DNA from: an uncultured Lachnospiraceae bacterium | Lineage (GTDB): Bacteria > Bacillota > Clostridia > Lachnospirales > Lachnospiraceae | DNA length: 63,761 bases | Direction: 5' to 3' | Assembly: GCA_900320325.1 (NCBI GenBank) | Contig: ONRU01000003.1 | Location: 1-63,761, forward strand | Part shown: piece after piece, positions 9,854-17,389 of the stretch | Numbering within the stretch: position 1 is the stretch's first letter | Layout: every line of letters begins with the position of its first letter | Made by a program: the position numbers and the translations under genes | Notes under the pieces: generated by a model | The model's database searches: none | What the model was told of the DNA's origin: nothing | What the model saw: only the letters and a program-made list of their open reading frames with translations

Positions 9854-11269
9854 ATGGGTGGATTTTTTGCTGTAGCTTCCAAGACGAATTGTATGTTTGA
9901 CCTGTATTTCGGTACAGACTATCATTCGCATCTGGGCACAAGGCGTGCCGGCATGACGGTCTATGACAGAAATCTGGGTTTCAACAGAGCGATTCATAAT
10001 ATCGAAAATTCCCCTTTCAGAACAAAATTTGACAAAGAAGTCGGACGCATGGAAGGCCAGCTGGGCATCGGTTGTATCTCGGATTTTGAGCCCCAGCCCC
10101 TGATCGTCCGTTCCCACCATGGCACCTACGCCATCAGCACAGTGGGCAAGATCAACAATACAGACCAGCTGGTCGAGCAGGTCTTCAAAGGCAGCCGGAC
10201 CCATTTCCTGGAAATGAGCGGCGGGACCATTAACGCGACGGAACTGACCGCGGCCATCATCAACCAGAAGGATAACCTGGTGGAGGGCATTCAATATGCC
10301 CAGGAGCTGATCGACGGCTCCATGACCATCCTGCTGATGACGCCGGACGGCATCTACTGTGCCAGGGACCGTTATGGCCGGACCCCTGTCATCCTGGGCC
10401 GGAAAGAGGACGGCTGCTGCGCCTCCTTCGAGTCCTTCGCCTATCTGAACCTTGGCTACCGGGATCTGAAGGAGCTGGGACCCGGTGAGATCGTGGTCCT
10501 TACCCCGGAAGGGGTCACCACATTGGCCGATCCCGGAAAGAAGATGCGGATCTGCACCTTCCTCTGGGTCTACTACGGCTATCCTTCCTCCCGTTATGAG
10601 GGGGTTTCGGTTGAGCAGATGCGCTATGACTGCGGCGCGGCCCTGGCCAAACGGGATAACCACAGCGTGGATATTGATGTAGTGGCCGGCGTGCCGGACT
10701 CCGGTACGGCCCATGCGGTAGGTTACGCCAACGAGTCCGGGGTGCCTTTCTCCAGGCCCTTCATCAAATATACTCCTACCTGGCCCAGGTCCTTTATGCC
10801 CACCATCCAGGAGAAGCGCAACCTGATCGCCAAGATGAAGCTGATCCCGGTCCGGGAACTGATCCAGGACAGGAGCCTGCTGCTGATCGACGATTCCATC
10901 GTACGGGGCACCCAGCTGCGGGAGACCACTGAGTACCTGTTTGACAGCGGGGCCAGAGAGGTCCATGTCCGGCCGGCCTGCCCGCCCATCCTGTTCGGCT
11001 GTAAGTATATCAACTTCTCCAGGTCCACTTCGGAAATGGAGCTGATCGCCAGACGGATCATCAACGAGGAAGAAGGCGGAGCGGTCGAACGCACGATCCT
11101 GGAGGATTACGCCAACCCCGACAGCGACCGTTATCATAAGATGCTGGATAAGATCTGTGAGCGCCTGAAATTCACCTCCCTGCGCTACCAGCGCCTTGAT
11201 GACATGATCGCTTCCATCGGCATCGATCCTGACTGCCTCTGCACCTATTGCTGGAACGGCAGAGAGTAA
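9854..11269 (+). CDS. purF: Amidophosphoribosyltransferase-family protein lacking the catalytic N-terminal Cys
   Basis: PRPP loop LLIDDSIVRGT, GVPDSG, RD-x-YGRTP, Fe-S Cys pattern (CTF..., GCKY, C-terminal CLCTYC); N-terminus is MGGFF rather than MCG. Confidence 0.85.
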   Translation: MGGFFAVASKTNCMFDLYFGTDYHSHLGTRRAGMTVYDRNLGFNRAIHNIENSPFRTKFDKEVGRMEGQLGIGCISDFEPQPLIVRSHHGTYAISTVGKINNTDQLVEQVFKGSRTHFLEMSGGTINATELTAAIINQKDNLVEGIQYAQELIDGSMTILLMTPDGIYCARDRYGRTPVILGRKEDGCCASFESFAYLNLGYRDLKELGPGEIVVLTPEGVTTLADPGKKMRICTFLWVYYGYPSSRYEGVSVEQMRYDCGAALAKRDNHSVDIDVVAGVPDSGTAHAVGYANESGVPFSRPFIKYTPTWPRSFMPTIQEKRNLIAKMKLIPVRELIQDRSLLLIDDSIVRGTQLRETTEYLFDSGAREVHVRPACPPILFGCKYINFSRSTSEMELIARRIINEEEGGAVERTILEDYANPDSDRYHKMLDKICERLKFTSLRYQRLDDMIASIGIDPDCLCTYCWNGRE

Positions 11270-11302
11270 GGGACATTTAAAGACCTGGTATGAGAACAAT
11301 AT

Positions 11303-11351
11303 AAAAGGGATTGTACGCACGGCTGATAAAGCGTGTGTACAATCCCTTTTT
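11303..11351. terminator. Bidirectional intrinsic terminator between convergent genes
   Basis: AAAAGGGATTGTACGCACG...CGTGTGTACAATCCCTTTTT, A-tract before and T-tract after. Confidence 0.85.
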
Positions 11352-11453
11352 CAATGGCATGGGCCGGCGGAACAGGACTTTTTTTGGCGTACCCGCGAAA
11401 GTCGCCCGAAATGTGCAGCTCCGTTCAGAGTGACCGACCGGGCGGCAGGAAAC

Positions 11454-13217
11454 TCATTTTCCGGCGCCTGTCCCCGGGGCTCCCATTCCGTCCAGGATTC
11501 CGTCCAGGGTACAGGCCAGTCCGTCGTGGTCATTGTCATATTCCGTGACCAGATCCGCCCCGGCCTGCAGGAAAGGGTTCATTTCCGCTCCGTTGCGCAT
11601 CAGGATGCCGGTGGCCGCCGCCTGCAGCATGGACAGGTCATTCTCGGAATCACCGGCGGCCAGACTGTGCTCCGGCCGGATACCCAGGCGGCGGCACAGC
11701 CACTGCAGGGCATGTCCCTTGCTGACGCCGCCGGGGACGACTTCCACGTAACAGGGATGGGTCCGGTAGACATTCAGCGCGTCCCCGAATTCCTCTTCGA
11801 CGCGGCGGCGGAAGTCCACCAGCCTGTCCGGATCATCCAGGCTGACGGTATGGATCTTGCAGGGCAGTTCATCGACCGCTTCCGCCAGATCTTCGCAGAC
11901 ACAGTAGGGAATCCTGACCGTCCGGAAATAAAATTCGGTTTCCGGCCCTTCCCGGGGGACATAGAAGCGGCTGTCCGAATGGGTCAGGCAGAAGAGGCCG
12001 ACAGAATCGGCGATGGCCTGGATCTTCCGGATCTGGTCCCGGGTCAGGGTCCTTTTATAAAGGGTCACCCCGCTGTCGCAGTCATAGATCTCGGCGCCGT
12101 TGCAGGCGCTGAGCAGCATGCCCGGCAGACGCAGGTCCAGTCTGCGGATCTGTATTTGGATGTCCGCCATGATCCGCCCGCTGCTGAAGACAAAACGATG
12201 GCCGGCTGCGGTCCACCGGTCCAGGACCTCCCGGCTGCGGGGGCTGACGCTCTTATCGGTACGGGCCAGTGTGCCGTCAAAATCGCAGAAGAGGATACGG
12301 GTATTGTCTCCTGTATTGTAATGGGCGTGCTTGATATCGGTCAGGACCCGGTCAGGAACGGCCATGCGCCCGTAGCCTACCCCCATCCGCAGGCCGGGTT
12401 TGTTGGCTCCGTGGAAATCGGATCCCCCGGAGGGCAGCAGGCCGTATTCGGCAGCGTAGCGGCTGATGGTCTGCTGGTCGTACATGGTATGGCTGCCGTA
12501 ATAGCACTCGATCCCCCGCAGACCCGCTGCCTTCAGGTCAGCCAGCAGTTCCTCCAGGTCATAGAAAGAGCTGTAGTACTGGATCGGATGGGCCAGGACC
12601 GGGAAGGCATGGTAGCGCAGCAGAAAACGGACCGCGTCTTCGGACGAAATCTTAATTCTGGGTACAAAGCAGGGGCGGTCATCCCCGATATAGATCTGAA
12701 AAGCCTCCCAGGTCCTGGAGATATATCCCTTCTGCAGCATATAGCGGGCAAAATGGGTCCGGGTGATGATCGTGCCGGGAAAGGCTCTGCACAGATCCTC
12801 ATAGTAAATGTCCACACCCTTTTCGCGCAGGAGCTCGCACATTTTGCGGTTGCGTTCTTCCCGGGCATTGGAAAAACGGCGCAGGGATTCACGGAAGCGG
12901 GTGTTGCGCCAGTCCGGGAACAGGCCCACGATGTGGACACTGCGGCCTTTATATTCGGTGGATACTTCCACGCCTGGCACCAGTTCCGTCGCGTTTCCAA
13001 ACGCGGATGCCGGGGCGCCCCGGGCCGGATTCTCCGCCGAAGGCGCCAGGGAGAGGCTTTCCGCGGCTTCTTCGGCCTCCGGGATCCCGTCCACCGAATC
13101 ATGATCGGTCAGGGCCAGGGCGGCAAGGCCCAGTTCCCGGGCCATCTGTACAAGCTGGGCCGGCGTCAGCGTCCCGTCGGATTTTGTAGAATGTGTATGC
13201 AGGTCAATAGAAGGCAT
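11454..13217 (-). CDS. PHP-domain phosphoesterase (TrpH/YciV-like) fused to Cof-type HAD-IIB hydrolase
   Basis: PHP motifs DLHTHS-x-x-SDG, TDHD, LAHP, GGSDFHG; HAD motifs DFDGTL, SSGR, SKG, GDSENDLSML; start MPSIDLH after AAGGAGAG SD. Confidence 0.88.
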   Translation of the reverse strand: MPSIDLHTHSTKSDGTLTPAQLVQMARELGLAALALTDHDSVDGIPEAEEAAESLSLAPSAENPARGAPASAFGNATELVPGVEVSTEYKGRSVHIVGLFPDWRNTRFRESLRRFSNAREERNRKMCELLREKGVDIYYEDLCRAFPGTIITRTHFARYMLQKGYISRTWEAFQIYIGDDRPCFVPRIKISSEDAVRFLLRYHAFPVLAHPIQYYSSFYDLEELLADLKAAGLRGIECYYGSHTMYDQQTISRYAAEYGLLPSGGSDFHGANKPGLRMGVGYGRMAVPDRVLTDIKHAHYNTGDNTRILFCDFDGTLARTDKSVSPRSREVLDRWTAAGHRFVFSSGRIMADIQIQIRRLDLRLPGMLLSACNGAEIYDCDSGVTLYKRTLTRDQIRKIQAIADSVGLFCLTHSDSRFYVPREGPETEFYFRTVRIPYCVCEDLAEAVDELPCKIHTVSLDDPDRLVDFRRRVEEEFGDALNVYRTHPCYVEVVPGGVSKGHALQWLCRRLGIRPEHSLAAGDSENDLSMLQAAATGILMRNGAEMNPFLQAGADLVTEYDNDHDGLACTLDGILDGMGAPGTGAGK

Positions 13218-13248
13218 GATCTCTCCTTCACAGGGTGGTGGATGTCTG

Positions 13249-13288
13249 AAAACAAAATACAGCCCTTCTGTGGTGCAGAAAGGCTGTA
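13249..13288 (-). terminator. Intrinsic terminator after ABC-F gene (minus strand)
   Basis: Minus strand TACAGCCTTTCTG-cacca-CAGAAGGGCTGTA then TTTTGTTTT. Confidence 0.7.
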
Positions 13289-13374
13289 ACATAGGGTGTT
13301 CCGGATCATTCAACCAGCAAAACAGCAGCTGATCATATATCCGGCAGCTTCTGCCGTATAAATGAGAAGCCGGA

Positions 13375-15006
13375 TCAGTTGTCTTCCTCTGTGGAGACAT
13401 AGACGGTACGCTTTCTGGCGTCCGCGTTGCTCTCCAGATAATCATCATACGTGGTGACTTTATCGATGATGCTGCCGTCCGGCAGGATCTCGATGATGCG
13501 GTTGGCAGTTGTCTGGACCACCTGGTGGTCACGGCAGGCAAAGAGTTCCACACCGGGGAATTTGATCATGCCTTCGTTGAGGGCGGAAATGGATTCCATA
13601 TCCAGATGGTTGGTGGGCTCGTCGAAGATCAGGCAGTTGGCGCCGCTGATCATCATCTTGGACAGCTGGCAGCGGACACGTTCGCCGCCGGACAGGACCC
13701 GCAGACGCTTGATGCCGTCATCACCGGCAAAGAGCATACGGCCCAGGAAGCCTCTGACATAAGTGGCGTCCTTGATGGGGGAATATCCGGTCAGCCATTC
13801 CGTGATCGTATAATCCGTGGAGAATTCATCGCTGGCATCCTTGCGGAAATATGCCTGGGAGGTGGTGATGCCCCATTTATAGGTGCCTTCATCCGGTTCC
13901 ATGCGGCCCATCAGGATCTCGAACAGGGTGGTCTTGGCCAGTTCCTGGCTGCCCACAAAGGCGATCTTGTCATCATGTCCCATGATGAAGGAAACATTGT
14001 CAAGGACCTTGACCCCGTTGATGGTCTTGGACAGGTTGGAGACGGTCAGTACTTCATTGCCGATCTCTCTGTCGGGACGGAAATCGATATAAGGATATTT
14101 ACGGCTGGAAGGCTTGATCTCATCCAGCTGGATCTTTTCAAGGGCACGCTTGCGGCTGGTCGCCTGCTTGGATTTGGAAGCGTTGGCGGAGAAACGGGAA
14201 ATGAATTCCTTGAGTTCCTTGATCTTTTCCTCTTTCTTCTTGTTGGCTTCCTTCATCTGCCGGATCATCAGCTGGCTGGACTGGTACCAGAAATCATAGT
14301 TGCCGGCATAGAGCTGGATCTTGCCGTAATCGATGTCCGCGATATAGGTACATACCTTGTTCAGGAAATACCGGTCGTGGGAAACAACGATGACCGTGTT
14401 GTTGAAGTTGATCAGGAATTCCTCCAGCCAGGCGATGGCGTCCAGATCCAGGTGGTTGGTAGGCTCGTCCAGCAGCAGGATGTCGGGGTTGCCGAACAGG
14501 GCCCTGGCCAGCAGGACCTTGACCTTCTGGGCACCGGTCAGCTCGCGCATCAGGTAGGAGTGGAGCTCGGTCTCAATGCCCAGACCGTTGAGCAGGGATT
14601 CCGCGTCGGATTCCGCTTCCCAGCCGTTCATTTCGGCGAACTCGGTCTCCAGCTCGCTGGCCCGGATACCGTCTTCATCGGAAAAGTCCTCTTTGGCGTA
14701 AAGAGCGTCCTTTTCCTGCATGATCTCGAACAGACGGCTGTTGCCCTGGATGACCGTATCCAGTACGGACTGGCTGTCGTATTTGTTGTGGTCCTGCTCC
14801 AGGAAAGACAGTCTCTGCCCGGGCGTCATGGACACGGTGCCGTTGGTGGTATCCAGCTGGCCGGACAGGATCTTGAGGAAGGTGGATTTGCCCGCGCCGT
14901 TGGCGCCGATAATGCCGTAGCAGTTGCCTTCCGTGAATTTAATGGAAACATCTTCAAAAAGCGCCTTCTTACCCAGTCGCAGTGTAACGCCGTTTGTCTG
15001 AATCAT
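13375..15006 (-). CDS. ABC-F family translation-associated ATPase (YbiT/YkpA-like)
   Basis: Two NBDs without TM segments: GANGAGKST, DEPTNHLD twice, VSHDRYFL, linker FSANASKSKQATSRK. Confidence 0.92.
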   Translation of the reverse strand: MIQTNGVTLRLGKKALFEDVSIKFTEGNCYGIIGANGAGKSTFLKILSGQLDTTNGTVSMTPGQRLSFLEQDHNKYDSQSVLDTVIQGNSRLFEIMQEKDALYAKEDFSDEDGIRASELETEFAEMNGWEAESDAESLLNGLGIETELHSYLMRELTGAQKVKVLLARALFGNPDILLLDEPTNHLDLDAIAWLEEFLINFNNTVIVVSHDRYFLNKVCTYIADIDYGKIQLYAGNYDFWYQSSQLMIRQMKEANKKKEEKIKELKEFISRFSANASKSKQATSRKRALEKIQLDEIKPSSRKYPYIDFRPDREIGNEVLTVSNLSKTINGVKVLDNVSFIMGHDDKIAFVGSQELAKTTLFEILMGRMEPDEGTYKWGITTSQAYFRKDASDEFSTDYTITEWLTGYSPIKDATYVRGFLGRMLFAGDDGIKRLRVLSGGERVRCQLSKMMISGANCLIFDEPTNHLDMESISALNEGMIKFPGVELFACRDHQVVQTTANRIIEILPDGSIIDKVTTYDDYLESNADARKRTVYVSTEEDN

Positions 15007-15143
15007 GCAGCCTCCTTTATAAAAGCTCTGAAAGAAATGTTTTTTTCTTATTTATATACGTTTATATGTGGTTCTGATACTGTCGGTATTTCATGGCCTG
15101 TCCGGCGGCCGGGGGATCCGGACCCGTCAGGACATACGTCTAT

Positions 15144-15172
15144 ATAATAGCTGACTTGGGAGTAAGCTTCAA
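15144..15172 (-). promoter_or_regulatory. sigmaA promoter for ABC-F gene
   Basis: Minus strand TTGAAG-N17-TATTAT. Confidence 0.6.
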
Positions 15173-15501
15173 GTGCGGAATTCCCGCTTTTCATCGCTTT
15201 TTTGCTTTTTGCCCGTAAAAGCCGGCCGCCTCCTGGGCATATGTGCTTTTCGGGGCGGCATGGGATTCTCCCTGCGGCAGGCTTTTTTTCCGCTTTTGCC
15301 CGTCCGGTCCGGCGGACCCGGTCCGGATGGATTTCCTGCTGACATAACCTGCCTGCATATGTCATAATAGATGTGGCGGCCGGTTCTGCCGGCATACAGG
15401 ATCACGGTCATGTAAGACCGGGACAGCGCGGTCCGGGCAGGAACGGACCGGCAGGAGATTTCCGCATACGGAAAAAGCTTTGGAAAGGATACCCCGATAC
15501 G

Positions 15502-16119
15502 ATGAAATATATGCAGAGTGATTTATGGAATGATTATTACGCGGAGCTGGAGCCTTCCAAAAGACGGCAGATGTTCCCGGAGATCCTGGAACAGGTGGAA
15601 GATGACGGCCTGGGACAGCTCAGAAAGGACCTGTTCGACCTCCGGCATACAGATCCGAAAGATCCTTCCAATGAGGTCGATCTTTTCCTCTGGGAGATCG
15701 TCGTCCTGCCCGCCTATAAGGATTCCATGTTCAAGAAGCTGGCGCGGAAACAGATGGCCAGGACCATGCACAATCTTGGCTTCAATCTGGCGGAACAATA
15801 CGGAGAGAAGGGAAAAACAGCCCTCTACTGGGAATTCCGCAATACGGCGGAGCGGTTCCTGATGACCTGCAGGAGCAGCAGCTACGGTAAAAAATTCTTC
15901 GGCTTTATTGCCACGGACGACAGAGACCGGCAGCTGAAGTGCACACGGGATATCTGGATGATGACCTCCCTGGTCCCCCGCAAAATGGGCATGGAAAAGG
16001 AACTGGAGGTCCTGACCGAAGCCCTGAAGGACGCTTTCTTCCTGTCTGATCCCGAAGCGCAGGAGCGGTACGAGAACCTGGAGAAGAGCGAAGCGGCCCA
16101 GGCGAAACGCCTTCTGTAG
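15502..16119 (+). CDS. Hypothetical all-alpha protein (205 aa)
   Basis: Host-like codon usage, GAAAGGA SD before ATG 15502; no family I can name with confidence. Confidence 0.75.
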   Translation: MKYMQSDLWNDYYAELEPSKRRQMFPEILEQVEDDGLGQLRKDLFDLRHTDPKDPSNEVDLFLWEIVVLPAYKDSMFKKLARKQMARTMHNLGFNLAEQYGEKGKTALYWEFRNTAERFLMTCRSSSYGKKFFGFIATDDRDRQLKCTRDIWMMTSLVPRKMGMEKELEVLTEALKDAFFLSDPEAQERYENLEKSEAAQAKRLL

Positions 16120-16496
16120 TCCGGGGGCTTTTTCGGATGGACACGAATGGGATTTTAGGTAAAATTCCATAAAGATTTATGAAAAATCTATGACTTATGT
16201 GGCTTTTTGATGACTTAAGTGATAAACTATTTAAGATGTAATCCGCTTTTTTAGACGGCATATATCATTTTTATAATATCTAAGAAAATCGGATCGGGTG
16301 CGGCCGTTCTACAAATACTGCATGCGATCTTAACTCGTTGCCGGCAGACCGGATCATCTGGATCCAATGGGGTCTGCCCGTCATTGTTCAGAACATGTTT
16401 GTCAGATTTACCGGTTTGATGAATTTTTTCGGACAGACCGGTCACGAATGGCCGCGGCAGCGGGACGACTTTCCGGAAAGGAAAATTGAAGTACTG

Positions 16497-17354
16497 ATGA
16501 AAAAAATAGTGATGTTCGCAGGCGCGCCTCCCTGTCTTTTTCTTCTGTATCTGCTGTCGATCATGCCAAGGATGGTCGGAAAACCTGATTACAGTATCCT
16601 GCGCGGCAGCCTCTTTGCCCACAGGGGCCTGTTCGACAATAATACCGACACGCCTGAAAACTCCATGAAGGCATTTCGCAAAGCGGTGGAAGCCGGATAC
16701 GGGATTGAACTTGACATTCATCTGTCAAAGGATAAGATCCCTGTCGTTTTTCATGATTTTACCCTGCAGCGGATGTGCGGCGTGCCGGGCGCTCCGGAGG
16801 ATTATACCCTGGAGGAGCTGCGCCGGTTCCGCCTGCTGGATACAGAGGAGAAGATTCCGACCTTTCGTGAGTTCCTGGATCTGGTGGACGGCAGGGTCCC
16901 CCTTCTGGTGGAGATCAAATCGGAAGACCCGGACATGACCATCTGCGAGAAGGTCAATGCCATGCTGCTGGATTATAAAGGCCCCTACTGCATAGAGGCT
17001 TTCAATCCCCTCGTGCTCTACTGGTTCAGAAAGCACCGGAGCGATGTCGTCAGGGGACAGCTGTCAGACCGTTTCACCAAAACGCCTGAGTTCCGCAGAA
17101 TGGAGCACCGGCCTCTGCTGCTGATGATCCAGTTCCTGATCACCAACTGTCTCTGCAGGCCGGATTTCATATCCTTTAACTGTAAATTCGACAGGAATCT
17201 TTCCCTTCGTTTTTACCGCAGGTATTTCAAAGGACACAGTGCCTGCTGGACTGTCCACAGTCAGGAGGAGATGAAGGCTCTGGCGGGCCAATACGACGCC
17301 TTTATTTTTGACGGCTTTGAGCCGGCGGCGAAGAACCATGTTAACAACCTGTAA
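16497..17354 (+). CDS. Glycerophosphodiester phosphodiesterase family protein with N-terminal hydrophobic anchor
   Basis: AHRG, PENSM, GIELDIHLSKD, VVFHD, IPTF, VEIK motifs. Confidence 0.92.
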   Translation: MKKIVMFAGAPPCLFLLYLLSIMPRMVGKPDYSILRGSLFAHRGLFDNNTDTPENSMKAFRKAVEAGYGIELDIHLSKDKIPVVFHDFTLQRMCGVPGAPEDYTLEELRRFRLLDTEEKIPTFREFLDLVDGRVPLLVEIKSEDPDMTICEKVNAMLLDYKGPYCIEAFNPLVLYWFRKHRSDVVRGQLSDRFTKTPEFRRMEHRPLLLMIQFLITNCLCRPDFISFNCKFDRNLSLRFYRRYFKGHSACWTVHSQEEMKALAGQYDAFIFDGFEPAAKNHVNNL

Positions 17355-17389
17355 TATCAAGTTTCAGGGGTATATAAAAGGAGGAAAGA

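Noticed and set aside
13375-15006. ABC-F as an antibiotic resistance gene or as the missing ATPase of the 52-60 kb operon
   Set aside because: Sequence fits the housekeeping YbiT/YkpA type; ABC-F proteins act on ribosomes, not membrane permeases
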